The position numbers were made by a program, and so were the translations under genes. The notes beneath the pieces were generated by a model, which was not told where the DNA came from, ran no database searches, and saw only the letters and a program-made list of their open reading frames with translations. Positions 39,456 through 49,301 of a DNA stretch of 64,000 nt are shown here, one piece after another. Numbering within the stretch: position 1 is the first letter of the stretch; each line of letters opens with the position of its first letter. The stretch is from a virus: the IMG/VR virus record IMGVR_UViG_3300021963_000038, positions 1 through 64,000 of that record; one strand, 5' to 3'.

Positions 39456-40459
39456 TGTTAGGTAATGCACATTTCTATAATCGTACCATTCGCAAAATTG
39501 TTGTTGCGTTTGGTTCTATGTTTAATGATATTCTTTTGACTCGTTATTCAAAAGACGGACTTACTGCACATGAAATAACCAAAGTGCCATTAAACTATGG
39601 ACCAAAAGAAAAATATTTGGTGCGTATTAATTCTGACCCAACATTAACAAAATCAATAGCCACAACCGTACCTCGTATGAGTTTTAACTTAGACGGTATG
39701 GCATACGACACAACCAGAAAACAACAAACAACATTACAGAATTTTGGGTTTAGTTCAGGAACATTTAAAACTCAATATGTTCCTATTCCATACAATTTTG
39801 ATTTTAGTTTGTCAATCTATGTTCGCAACACAGAAGATGGTACACAAATCTTAGAACAGATATTGCCATTCTTCACACCAGATTTTACGGTCACCATGGA
39901 TTTTATTGCTGACATGGACCAAGTTTACGATATGCCTGTGCTTCTGAATTCAGTAACACCTGAAATTGATTATGAGGGTGAATTGATGAACACAAGATTG
40001 ATTATTTGGAATCTTTCATTTACCGCAAAAGCATACATTTGGCCGCCAGTTAAAACACCTTCTGCGGGCAAATTAATTACACAAGCTAATGTCAACATAT
40101 ATACCGATTCAACGAATCTTGATTCACAGAAAGTTTATGTTAACTTCAATACTGGAACTGGTGTATATACAACAGGTGAAAATATAACTGTTGAAACTCG
40201 TGGAGTTACAGGTAAAGTTTTATACTTTAGTAACACATCAACTGGTGTTCTTGTCTTAACAGATTTGAATAAGAAGATTCAAGCTAACGATAAAATAACT
40301 GGTGTTTATTCAAACTCAACATTTACTGTTACCCGTATTGATACTTCTCCAACAAAAGCTGTTGCAATCGTTGTAACGCCTAATCCGCCTACTGCCAACG
40401 GAAATGGTCCGTATGGTTTTGAAGAAACATTTACAGATTGGCCACAAACTTTAATATGA
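39455..40459 (+). CDS. gp15: Tail sheath stabilizer/terminator gp15
   Basis: FYNRTIRK.VVAFG.MFN; VPL.YGPKEK; PRMSF; QILEQILPFF.P. Confidence 0.93.
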   Translation: MLGNAHFYNRTIRKIVVAFGSMFNDILLTRYSKDGLTAHEITKVPLNYGPKEKYLVRINSDPTLTKSIATTVPRMSFNLDGMAYDTTRKQQTTLQNFGFSSGTFKTQYVPIPYNFDFSLSIYVRNTEDGTQILEQILPFFTPDFTVTMDFIADMDQVYDMPVLLNSVTPEIDYEGELMNTRLIIWNLSFTAKAYIWPPVKTPSAGKLITQANVNIYTDSTNLDSQKVYVNFNTGTGVYTTGENITVETRGVTGKVLYFSNTSTGVLVLTDLNKKIQANDKITGVYSNSTFTVTRIDTSPTKAVAIVVTPNPPTANGNGPYGFEETFTDWPQTLI

Positions 40460-40872
40460 GCAAGACAGATAAAAAATTATCAGAAATATTTGATGTTGAC
40501 CCAATTTCAAATGAAGTTGAGGTGGTAACACATACAGAAATTGTACCAATTCAATCTGAAGATGTAGTTGAAACAGATACCGATTATGCTCGTAAAAATA
40601 TCAGAAACTTAATTGATAAAGGTAATGTTGCAGTAGACAATCTGTTACAAGTTTCAAAAGAATCGGAACATCCAAGAGCATATGAAGTTGTTGCTGGTCT
40701 TATGAAAACAATGGCTGACTTAAATAAAGATTTGCTTGAACTACAAAAACGCAAAAAAGATTTGCAACCGCAACTAGATAGTGTATCTAATCGTGGAAGT
40801 ATTACAGTAGAGAAAGCAGTATTTGTTGGTTCAACGGCAGAATTACTTAAACAAATTAGAGATAATAAATAG
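40456..40872 (+). CDS. gp16: Terminase small subunit gp16
   Basis: DYARKN..SEHPRAYEV..VFVGSTAEL; start placed at ATG 40456 (ATGA overlap with the gp15 stop). Confidence 0.9.
   Translation: MSKTDKKLSEIFDVDPISNEVEVVTHTEIVPIQSEDVVETDTDYARKNIRNLIDKGNVAVDNLLQVSKESEHPRAYEVVAGLMKTMADLNKDLLELQKRKKDLQPQLDSVSNRGSITVEKAVFVGSTAELLKQIRDNK
40864..40871 (+). promoter_or_regulatory. Late promoter variant AATAAATA upstream of dps
   Basis: 7 nt upstream of ATG 40879. Confidence 0.5.
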
Positions 40873-40878
40873 GTTACT

Positions 40879-41316
40879 ATGGAAACATTAATTCAACAAC
40901 TAAAAGTAATTTTAGGTACAAACTTTGCGTTGTATCTAAAGAGTCATAACTATCATTGGAATATTGAAGGTTCAAATTTTCCACAATATCATTTATTTCT
41001 TGATGGTTTTTATAATGATGTTTGGGCTCAAACAGATGATATCGCTGAACATATTCGCCGTTTAGATGTTTATGCACCTGGTTCTATGCAAAGATTTTTA
41101 GAATTGTCAGATATTGAAGAAGCAGTTGATTCTATTCCATCTGCAATTATTATGATGCAACATTTAAAAGAAGATAATGACCGTTTTATTGTTCACATTC
41201 GTGCAGGTATTGTTGCAGCTAATCAAGCAGATGAACCAGCTATTTCTAATTTTTTACAAGACCTTCTTGGTGCTCATCAGAAAAAAGCGTGGATGTTGCG
41301 TAGTATTATAAAATAA
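40879..41316 (+). CDS. dps: Dps-family mini-ferritin
   Basis: K.HNYHWNIEG.NF..YH..LD..Y.......D.IAE.I; H.KKAWML C-terminus. Confidence 0.9.
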   Translation: METLIQQLKVILGTNFALYLKSHNYHWNIEGSNFPQYHLFLDGFYNDVWAQTDDIAEHIRRLDVYAPGSMQRFLELSDIEEAVDSIPSAIIMMQHLKEDNDRFIVHIRAGIVAANQADEPAISNFLQDLLGAHQKKAWMLRSIIK

Positions 41317-41322
41317 TATAAG

Positions 41323-43005
41323 ATGAATAATCATGGGTATTTGGGAAATAGTTCATTAAAAAGAACTGAGGTTCAACTTTCATACACAGAAGAACAAGTT
41401 TTAGAACTTGCCAAATGTGCGGAAGACCCTACCTATTTCATTGATAACTACTGTTACATAGTAACACTAGACCACGGTTTACAACCTTTTAAATTATACG
41501 ATTGCCAAAAAGAAAAGATAAAAGTTATACATGATAATCGAAAAGTTATTATTATGGAAGGCCGTCAACAAGGTAAAACTTCCACATCTGCCGCCTACAT
41601 TCTTTGGTACACATTATTTCAAGATTCAAAAACTGTCGCAATTCTTGCCAATAAGGCAACTACAGCTCGTGAAATTATTTCACGATATCAATTGATGTAT
41701 GAAAATCTTCCTTTGTGGATGCAACAAGGTATTAAAACTTGGAACAAAGGTGATGTGGAATTAGAAAACGGTTCAATCGTTTTTACTGCTGCAACAACTG
41801 GTGCAGGTATTCGTGGTAAATCTGTAAACTTATTGTATATTGATGAAGCCGCAATTATTCCTAATACGATTGCAGAAGCGTTTTTTACTGCTGTCTATCC
41901 TGTTATTTCTGCTGGTCAAACAACTAAGATTCTTATCACATCCACTCCACTAGGTTACAATCACTTTTGGAAGTTTTGGAATGATGCAATGAATAAAAAC
42001 AATGACTTTGTGCCATTGTTTATTCCATACAACAGAATTCCAGGTCGTGATGAGAAGTGGGCACTAGAACAGAAACGCCAACTTGGTGAGTTGAAATACA
42101 ACCAAGAGGTTCTGTGTAAGTTCCTTGGTTCATCTTTGACTTTGATTGATGCTGCAACGATTGAGTATATGTCAACATTACCGACTGTATACTCTAAAGA
42201 TGGTTTAGATTTGTATGAGTATCCAGTCAAAGCCGAAAGAGATGATGAAGAAGTTTTGGTCAAGAAACCACACACTTATGTTATCGTTGCAGATACGGCT
42301 CAAGGTGTTGGCGGAGACTATTCAGCTTTTGTAATTATTGATATCGCAGAAGTACCCTATAAGTTAGTGGGTAAATACAGAGATAATAAGATTGCACCTA
42401 TGCTATATCCTTCGGTTATACATAAGGTAGCGAAAGATTTTAACAATGCATATGTTTTACTTGAGGTTAACACAAGTGAACAGGTTGCATATATTTTACA
42501 ATCAGAATTGGAATATGAAAATATTCTATATGTCACCAAAACTGGTAAAGGTCAGAAAGTAACTGGTGGTTTTGGTGGTGCGGGTAGAACAAGTTTTGGC
42601 GTTGTTACTGACAAAAGAGTAAAACGCATTGGTTGTTTTACGTTTAAATCATTAATTGAAGAAAAGAAATTACTGATTCCTGATGCCGATGTGATATCGG
42701 AACTATCGACTTTTATTGAATATCGTGGTTCATATCAAGCGGATGATGGTTATCACGATGATTTGGTGATGCCTTTAGTCTTGTTTAGTTGGTTGACAAC
42801 TAATCCTTACTTCAAAGACTTAAACGATGTTAATATTCGTGAGGCAATGTATCAAGAGAGAATTAAACAAATAGAAGAAGATGTTATACCCTTTGGTTTT
42901 TTGAGTGATGGCCAAGATATGGAATATGAGGTGGATAGCGGAGATGCTTGGACAAAAGAAGATTCCAAGCCTTTACCACCAGGTTACTTATCTTCAAGTT
43001 TGTAA
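41323..43005 (+). CDS. gp17: Terminase large subunit gp17
   Basis: Walker A GRQQGKT, Walker B LLYIDEAA, ITSTP.G, DYSAF, HDDLVM nuclease motif. Confidence 0.97.
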   Translation: MNNHGYLGNSSLKRTEVQLSYTEEQVLELAKCAEDPTYFIDNYCYIVTLDHGLQPFKLYDCQKEKIKVIHDNRKVIIMEGRQQGKTSTSAAYILWYTLFQDSKTVAILANKATTAREIISRYQLMYENLPLWMQQGIKTWNKGDVELENGSIVFTAATTGAGIRGKSVNLLYIDEAAIIPNTIAEAFFTAVYPVISAGQTTKILITSTPLGYNHFWKFWNDAMNKNNDFVPLFIPYNRIPGRDEKWALEQKRQLGELKYNQEVLCKFLGSSLTLIDAATIEYMSTLPTVYSKDGLDLYEYPVKAERDDEEVLVKKPHTYVIVADTAQGVGGDYSAFVIIDIAEVPYKLVGKYRDNKIAPMLYPSVIHKVAKDFNNAYVLLEVNTSEQVAYILQSELEYENILYVTKTGKGQKVTGGFGGAGRTSFGVVTDKRVKRIGCFTFKSLIEEKKLLIPDADVISELSTFIEYRGSYQADDGYHDDLVMPLVLFSWLTTNPYFKDLNDVNIREAMYQERIKQIEEDVIPFGFLSDGQDMEYEVDSGDAWTKEDSKPLPPGYLSSSL

Positions 43006-43008
43006 AAA

Positions 43009-43016
43009 ACTAAATA
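43009..43016 (+). promoter_or_regulatory. Late promoter variant ACTAAATA
   Basis: Intergenic, upstream of gp18 (RBS AAGGAG). Confidence 0.6.
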
Positions 43017-43056
43017 GTGTATAAAGAAAAATTGACCCATAACTAAGGAGAAATCC

Positions 43057-44961
43057 ATGGCATTTCAGCTATCACCTGGGGTAAATGTATCAGAAATTGA
43101 CCTGACTACAATCGTACCCTCAGTCGCTACTTCAATTGGCGGCATCGCTGGAAATTTTAACTGGGGTCCAGTTAGTGAAGTTGTTACCGTATCAGACGAG
43201 GTTCGCCTTGCCTCTGCATTTGGTAAACCTGACAATACAAATTATGAATACTGGTTCTCAGCAGCAAATTTCTTAGCTTATTCAAATAACCTAAAAGTTG
43301 TTCGTGCCGCAAACACGACTTCCACTCTTAACGCTACAGCCAATGGCTCTGGTGTTTTGATTAAAAACTCTGACGATTATATTGCTAATCGTGAAACTGC
43401 ATCTAATACTACTTACGGACCTTTTGGTGCTCGTTGTGCTGGTGCTTTAGGTAACAGTTTGCGTATTTCAATTTGCCCATCAGCACAAGCATATTCTGCC
43501 AACTTAACTGTTACAGATACTCTAAGATGTAATGCTGTTACAAGTGGTGACACCACAATCAATGTTAATGGTAATGCTAATGCTGCCGCTAACATTTTTG
43601 CTGGAGATTTAATCTCTGTTGATGGTGGAACAACATATATTCGTGTTGCCTCTGTTAACGCAACTGCAATTATTACTGCAACTGCACCAGGTACTGTCAA
43701 TGTTGGTACAGCAATTCTCCGTAGATGGCAATATGCTGACCAGTTTGGTGTTGCACCAGGCACATCATCATATACTTCTGGTTTAGGTGGTTCTGGTGAT
43801 GAAATGCACGTTATTGTTGTTGACGAAGATGGTCAATTCTCAAATGGTGTTGCTAATACAGTTCTTGAAAAATATGCGTTTGTATCTAAAGCATCTGATG
43901 CACAGAACAATGATGGTTCTTCAAACTACTATAAGACAATTATCAATAACCAATCAAGATATGTTTGGTGGTTAACACATCAACCAGGTGGTTCTAATTG
44001 GGGAACAACTGCTGTTTCTAAAACATTTACCAACATTAATACACCATTTTCTGCATCAATGAGTGCGGGTGCTGATGGTACAATTGGTAACTCAGAAATT
44101 ATTACTGCATACGGATTCTTTGCAAATGCCGATGTTGTGGATGTTTCATTGTTAATTTCTGGTCCAGGTAATGCAACTGTTGCAGCTGACTTAATTTCTA
44201 AAGTAGAAAGTCGTAAAGATACTGTTCTGTTTTTATCACCAACAAAATCTTCTGTTGTAAACAATGCTGGTTCTGAAGCAACATCTATTCTTTCATTCCG
44301 TTCAGGATTGACAAGTTCTTCATATGCATTTATGGATTCTGGTTACAAATATCAATACGACCGCTATAACGATGTGTACCGTTGGGTACCGTTGAATGGT
44401 GATATTGCTGGTATTTGTGCTCGTACAGACCAAGAACGTGACCCATGGTTCTCTCCAGGTGGTTTAAATCGTGGTATCGTTAAGAATTCAATTAAACTAG
44501 CATACAACCCAACTAAAGCAGAACGTGATAACTTGTATGTACAAGGTGTTAATCCTGTTGTTACATTTGCTGGTGAAGGTACAATTCTATTTGGTGACAA
44601 AACATTGTTAAGCAAACCATCTGTGTTTGACCGTGTCAATGTTCGCCGTCTATTCATTGTACTTGAAAAGACGATTGCTCGTGCTGCTCGTAGTTCATTG
44701 TTTGAATTTAACGACCAGTTTACTCGTGCTCAATTCGTTAACTTAGTTGAACCATTCTTGCGTGATGTTCAAGGTCGCCGTGGTCTAACTGATTACCGTG
44801 TTGTTTGCGATGAGTCTAACAACACAGCCAATGTAATTGATGCTAACCAATTTGTTGGTGACATTTACATTAAACCAGCCCGTTCAGTCAACTTCATTCA
44901 ACTTAACTTTGTGGCAGTTCGCACAGGCGTTACATTTGAAGAAATTGTTGGTCGGTTCTAA
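43057..44961 (+). CDS. gp18: Tail sheath protein gp18
   Basis: LSPGV..SEIDLT; WGP; PWFSPGG.NRG; FDRVNVRRLF; IKPARSVNFI.LNF. Confidence 0.97.
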   Translation: MAFQLSPGVNVSEIDLTTIVPSVATSIGGIAGNFNWGPVSEVVTVSDEVRLASAFGKPDNTNYEYWFSAANFLAYSNNLKVVRAANTTSTLNATANGSGVLIKNSDDYIANRETASNTTYGPFGARCAGALGNSLRISICPSAQAYSANLTVTDTLRCNAVTSGDTTINVNGNANAAANIFAGDLISVDGGTTYIRVASVNATAIITATAPGTVNVGTAILRRWQYADQFGVAPGTSSYTSGLGGSGDEMHVIVVDEDGQFSNGVANTVLEKYAFVSKASDAQNNDGSSNYYKTIINNQSRYVWWLTHQPGGSNWGTTAVSKTFTNINTPFSASMSAGADGTIGNSEIITAYGFFANADVVDVSLLISGPGNATVAADLISKVESRKDTVLFLSPTKSSVVNNAGSEATSILSFRSGLTSSSYAFMDSGYKYQYDRYNDVYRWVPLNGDIAGICARTDQERDPWFSPGGLNRGIVKNSIKLAYNPTKAERDNLYVQGVNPVVTFAGEGTILFGDKTLLSKPSVFDRVNVRRLFIVLEKTIARAARSSLFEFNDQFTRAQFVNLVEPFLRDVQGRRGLTDYRVVCDESNNTANVIDANQFVGDIYIKPARSVNFIQLNFVAVRTGVTFEEIVGRF

Positions 44962-44967
44962 TAAATA
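44960..44967 (+). promoter_or_regulatory. Late promoter variant AATAAATA
   Basis: Upstream of gp19 (RBS AGGAG). Confidence 0.55.
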
Positions 44968-44985
44968 GAGAGATAGGAGAAAAAA

Positions 44986-45531
44986 ATGGCATTTAATGTA
45001 AACGAATTCCGCTCTCAGATGGTAGGAGACGGTGCTCGCCCAAATTTATTTGAGGTGAGTATGCCGTTTCCTGGCTTTTCACAGCCTGGAGATGCACAGA
45101 GAAAATTAACTTTCATGTGTAAAACGGCTCAACTACCCGGTTCAACCATTGGTGTTGTACCTGTTCAATACTTTGGCCGTGAATTAAAATTTGCGGGTAA
45201 TAGAACATTCACAGATTGGACAATTACAGTTATCAATGATGAAGATTTTGTGATTCGCAATGCTTTCGAGCGTTGGATGAATGGCATCAATAGTCATAGT
45301 CTTAATATTCGTAACCCATTAGCATCAGCACCAGGTGGTTACACCGTTGATGCAGATGTAACTCAATTTGGCAAACAAGGTGATACACTAAAGAAATATC
45401 GTTTTCTTGGTTTATTTCCTCAAGATATTGCACCAATTGATGTTGATTGGGGTTCTAACGATACTATTGAAGAATTCACCATCACGCTTTCCTACCAATG
45501 GTGGGAAGCAACAGCAGACCAAGTGGCTTGA
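44986..45531 (+). CDS. gp19: Tail tube protein gp19
   Basis: GARPNLFEV; CK.AQLPGS; GR..KFAG.RTF.DWTIT; IEEF.I.L.YQWW. Confidence 0.96.
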   Translation: MAFNVNEFRSQMVGDGARPNLFEVSMPFPGFSQPGDAQRKLTFMCKTAQLPGSTIGVVPVQYFGRELKFAGNRTFTDWTITVINDEDFVIRNAFERWMNGINSHSLNIRNPLASAPGGYTVDADVTQFGKQGDTLKKYRFLGLFPQDIAPIDVDWGSNDTIEEFTITLSYQWWEATADQVA

Positions 45532-45533
45532 TG

Positions 45534-45561
45534 AAAGGGGGGTCCTACGACCTCCCTTTTT
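45534..45561 (+). terminator. Rho-independent terminator after gp19
   Basis: AAAGGGGGGTC-CTAC-GACCTCCCTTT hairpin plus T run. Confidence 0.8.
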
Positions 45562-45583
45562 ACTTTTTTAGGATGAATTTTTA

Positions 45584-47218
45584 ATGGCAATAAAACTATT
45601 CGGTTTCACACTCGGTAAAAAGGACATTGTTCAGGTTGAAAAACCTGAGCAAGCTTCTTTTGCGCTTCCGACAGAAGCAATCGATGATGGTGCAGTCACC
45701 ATCACTCAAAATGCTCATTACGGTACCTATGTTGACTTAGATGGTGCTGTTCGTAATGAGATTGAACTTATTACCCGTTATCGTGAAATGTCAAATCACC
45801 CTGAGTGTGATATGGCAATTGATGAAATTGTTAATGAAGCAATTAGTCATACAGAAAAAGGTGAAGTTTTAAAAATTGTTTTAGACAATTTAAAACAACC
45901 TGAAACAATTAAGAAAAAAATTATTGAAGAATTCAACAACATTCAAAAGATGTTGAACTTCAGTAATCTTGCCGATGATTTATTCAAGCGTTGGTACATT
46001 GATGGTCGTATCTATTATCATGTCATCGTCAATGAAAAAGACCCAAAACAAGGCATTCAAGAATTACGATATATTGACCCACGCAAGATTCGTAAAGTGC
46101 GTGAGGTTCAAAAAGAACGTGACCCAAAAACTGGTGCCAACATTATTAAATCGTTGGCTGAATACTATGTTTACAATGACCGTGGTACAACGACACAAAC
46201 ATTTAGTGCAAACGTAACACAAGGTTTGCGTATTGCACCTGAAGCAATCATTAATGTAAACTCAGGTTTGATGGATGCAAAGAATGTGTTCGTCATTTCT
46301 TATCTACACAAAGCAATTAAGGCACTTAATCAATTACGAATGATTGAAGATGCGGTAGTTATCTATCGTATATCAAGAGCACCTGAACGCCGCATATTCT
46401 ATATTGATGTTGGTAATTTACCAAAAGGTAAAGCTGAACAATATATCCGTTCTATTATGATTCAGTATCGTAACAAATTAGTTTATGATGCAAGCACTGG
46501 CGAGATTAGAGATGAGCGTAAACATATGTCTATGCTTGAAGATTTCTGGTTACCACGGCGTGAAGGTGGTAAAGGTACAGAGATTACTACACTACCAGGC
46601 GGACAAAACCTTGGTGAAATGGAAGATGTGAAATACTTCCAAAAGAAATTATTAAATGCATTAAATGTACCTGTATCTCGTTTAGAACCAAATGATGGTG
46701 GAGTTATGGGTCTTGGTCGCACAACTGAAGTTACCCGTGATGAAGTTAAGTTTGCTAAGTTTGTTAACAGACTTCGTAATAAGTTTTCACAGATTTTTGA
46801 CCATGCATTGAGAATTCAACTTGTACTAAAAGGTGTTTGTACCAGTGAAGAATGGGAAGAATTCAGAGAAGAAATCTATTATGATTTCATCAAAGATAAT
46901 AACTTTACCGAAATGCGTGATGCAGAATTGCTCCGTGAAAGAGTAAATACAGCAACAATGTTAGACCCATTCATTGGTCGTTATTATTCAGCAGCATGGG
47001 TTCGTAAGAATGTGTTGCAAATGACTGATGAAGAAATTGAACAAATGGAAAAAGAAATTGAAGAAGAAGGTCCAGTTGTACAACCAGGTGATGAACAAGC
47101 ACAACAAGGGCAAGTTCCACCAGAAGATAATACCATGGAAAGAACACCTTCTGAATCTGCAACACCAGAATTAGATGCAGAGGTAGAGAAGTCTGCACTT
47201 AATATAAATAGGAAATAA
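45584..47218 (+). CDS. gp20: Portal protein gp20
   Basis: WYIDGR.YYH; LRYIDPRKI; YRISRAPERRIFYIDVGNLPK; EDFWLPRREGGKGTEI.TLPGG. Confidence 0.97.
   Translation: MAIKLFGFTLGKKDIVQVEKPEQASFALPTEAIDDGAVTITQNAHYGTYVDLDGAVRNEIELITRYREMSNHPECDMAIDEIVNEAISHTEKGEVLKIVLDNLKQPETIKKKIIEEFNNIQKMLNFSNLADDLFKRWYIDGRIYYHVIVNEKDPKQGIQELRYIDPRKIRKVREVQKERDPKTGANIIKSLAEYYVYNDRGTTTQTFSANVTQGLRIAPEAIINVNSGLMDAKNVFVISYLHKAIKALNQLRMIEDAVVIYRISRAPERRIFYIDVGNLPKGKAEQYIRSIMIQYRNKLVYDASTGEIRDERKHMSMLEDFWLPRREGGKGTEITTLPGGQNLGEMEDVKYFQKKLLNALNVPVSRLEPNDGGVMGLGRTTEVTRDEVKFAKFVNRLRNKFSQIFDHALRIQLVLKGVCTSEEWEEFREEIYYDFIKDNNFTEMRDAELLRERVNTATMLDPFIGRYYSAAWVRKNVLQMTDEEIEQMEKEIEEEGPVVQPGDEQAQQGQVPPEDNTMERTPSESATPELDAEVEKSALNINRK
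47203..47210 (+). promoter_or_regulatory. T4-type late promoter TATAAATA
   Basis: Exact consensus, 7 nt upstream of ATG 47218. Confidence 0.75.
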
Positions 47219-47400
47219 TGGAGAACAATATGACAAGTTTTATTGACCAGATTGCAACAGGCGATGCGCTTGGTGCAAAAAACACCATGTCTGATATGTT
47301 ATCAGCCAAGGCTTTTGAAGCATTAGATGCTCGTAAACAAGAATTAGCTGCATCACTATTTGGTGGTGAGAAAAAAGAAGAAGAAACTTCAGAACAATAA
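47218..47400 (+). CDS. Small prohead core protein (gp67 position)
   Basis: 60 aa, acidic C-terminus, directly after the portal gene. Confidence 0.6.
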   Translation: MENNMTSFIDQIATGDALGAKNTMSDMLSAKAFEALDARKQELAASLFGGEKKEEETSEQ

Positions 47401-48506
47401 TGAAATCTCTACAAGACTTTAAGACTCTTTTAGAAGAAGAAAAATCAGACTATTCTAAGTTTGATGTTTTGGTTCGTGCTGGTCTTGCCAATAAGGCACA
47501 GATGCAACGTATTCACAAAATCTTAGATAAGATGGGTGAAGAAAAACCAACATTCAACAATGCAGATAGAATGATTATTCAAAATTTGTTTAACAAGATG
47601 GTAGATGTTATTACCAATAACAAACAGATTTATCAAAAGACTCGACAAGTTGTTAGAGAAAATATTGAAGAAGAAATTGAAGAACCAATTATTCTTCAAG
47701 AAGATAAAGACCCACCATTAGTGTTGGTTATAAAGCGTAAAGCAATTCGTATGTATCCAGATGGTACAAGAATTGCTTTATATTATAATGAACGATTACA
47801 AAAATATTTTTCCGTACCTTACCAATATGGTTCAGGTATGGATGCACCAATACAATCTGAAGAAGTTGAACAGATTGATGAACTATCTTCAAATTTATTA
47901 GACCGTTACAAAGAAAAAGCAAAAAAATCTTCTGATAGTTTAGCTTCTCAAGGTAAATATAAACAAGCTAATGATAGAACATTAAATGTTATGAAAGCAA
48001 CGGGTAAGCAGATTGAAAAAACTACTGCTAATATCCGTAAACATTTAAACAAAGAAGAAGTTGAATTAGAAGAAGCTTCTAACGATCCTTGGAAAGATAA
48101 ACATTTTGGTCCAACTAAAATAATCAAACAAAAATATCATGTTAAGACTGATACTAAGTCATATAATGTTAAAGCAGATAATGAAGACCATGCACACAAA
48201 CTGGTAACTAATCATGCTCCTGGTTCTAAGATTGTTTCTATTGAGCATAAAGGTCGCATAATGGAAGAAACAATAGATGAAGCGGTAATGGACACACTAC
48301 ATAAGATAGTAGATAATAAATCGGCACAGTCTGTTAAGTTTGCATCTGGTCATACTCGTAAGGTAGACCACTTTACTGCATCTGCAATCACTCAAGTGCA
48401 TAAAGCATTGAATGATGAGAACAAGAAAAAATTTGCTGATATGGTTCATAAATCACCAGAACATTTTATGAAAGCATCTGATTTTGCTTTCAAACGTGCA
48501 AAATGA
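47400..48506 (+). CDS. Putative internal head/prohead core protein
   Basis: K/E-rich; modules separated by (I/L)xE motifs (ILQE, QIDE, VELEE, TIDE). Confidence 0.6.
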   Translation: MKSLQDFKTLLEEEKSDYSKFDVLVRAGLANKAQMQRIHKILDKMGEEKPTFNNADRMIIQNLFNKMVDVITNNKQIYQKTRQVVRENIEEEIEEPIILQEDKDPPLVLVIKRKAIRMYPDGTRIALYYNERLQKYFSVPYQYGSGMDAPIQSEEVEQIDELSSNLLDRYKEKAKKSSDSLASQGKYKQANDRTLNVMKATGKQIEKTTANIRKHLNKEEVELEEASNDPWKDKHFGPTKIIKQKYHVKTDTKSYNVKADNEDHAHKLVTNHAPGSKIVSIEHKGRIMEETIDEAVMDTLHKIVDNKSAQSVKFASGHTRKVDHFTASAITQVHKALNDENKKKFADMVHKSPEHFMKASDFAFKRAK

Positions 48507-48937
48507 AATTTGTAGAACTTATTGCAGAGAATAAACTAACAGAAGCCAAAGCATTTATATTTGAGCGTCTTGAGCAAATGATTGCTGCAAGATTAGAGGC
48601 AGAAAAAGTTGCCATAGTAAATGATACATATGAATGGGTTGAAGAAGAATTAGATGAAGCAAATGTGATGAGAATGGGTAGAATCACTAAGATTCGCCGT
48701 AGAATTAGAAGAAATGCAAAAGGTAGAATAGTTGTTCAAAAGAATGTACGAAAGTCTGCCATTAAAGGATATAAGTTGGCTGGTAACCGAGTTGTTCGTA
48801 TACCAACCATACAGAGATTACAGAAATCTAGAAAACTTAAGCGGTACTGGAAAACAAAAGGAAAAGCAAAGTTGCGTAGAACATTAATGAAGCGCAGCAT
48901 TTCTTTGAAGCGCCGCAAATCAATGGGAATAAGATAA
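48503..48937 (+). CDS. Prohead core protein (gp68-like)
   Basis: Acidic N-half ending LDE, then a highly basic C-half (RRRIRR..RKSMG). Confidence 0.65.
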   Translation: MKFVELIAENKLTEAKAFIFERLEQMIAARLEAEKVAIVNDTYEWVEEELDEANVMRMGRITKIRRRIRRNAKGRIVVQKNVRKSAIKGYKLAGNRVVRIPTIQRLQKSRKLKRYWKTKGKAKLRRTLMKRSISLKRRKSMGIR

Positions 48938-48938
48938 C

Positions 48939-49301
48939 ATGGCATACGAAATTATAAACACTACAAGAGGCAGCTCGATTGTTCGAGTTGTGGATGCTAG
49001 CACAGCCAATCTTGCACTCACTCAATTCAGAGGTAATCCAACAACTGAAACAGTTAGTGGCCTTACTATTCGTAAATTGAATTGGTCAACTAATGGTAGT
49101 ATTGAAGTAACTCGTGATGGTGCTCAATTATTTAAATTATCAGGTTCAGGTGAGATGCGCCTTGATGATTACGGTGGCGCAGTTGCTAATACAGCATCGG
49201 GCAATCTTTCAGTCCAAATTTTTACTGGTGGATGTATTGTTATGGAAGTTTCAAAAACAGCTACATATAATGTAGACCCATATACAGGACAATCCGTATG
49301 A
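48939..49301 (+). CDS. Hypothetical head-associated protein
   Basis: 120-aa ORF immediately before gp21. Confidence 0.7.
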   Translation: MAYEIINTTRGSSIVRVVDASTANLALTQFRGNPTTETVSGLTIRKLNWSTNGSIEVTRDGAQLFKLSGSGEMRLDDYGGAVANTASGNLSVQIFTGGCIVMEVSKTATYNVDPYTGQSV

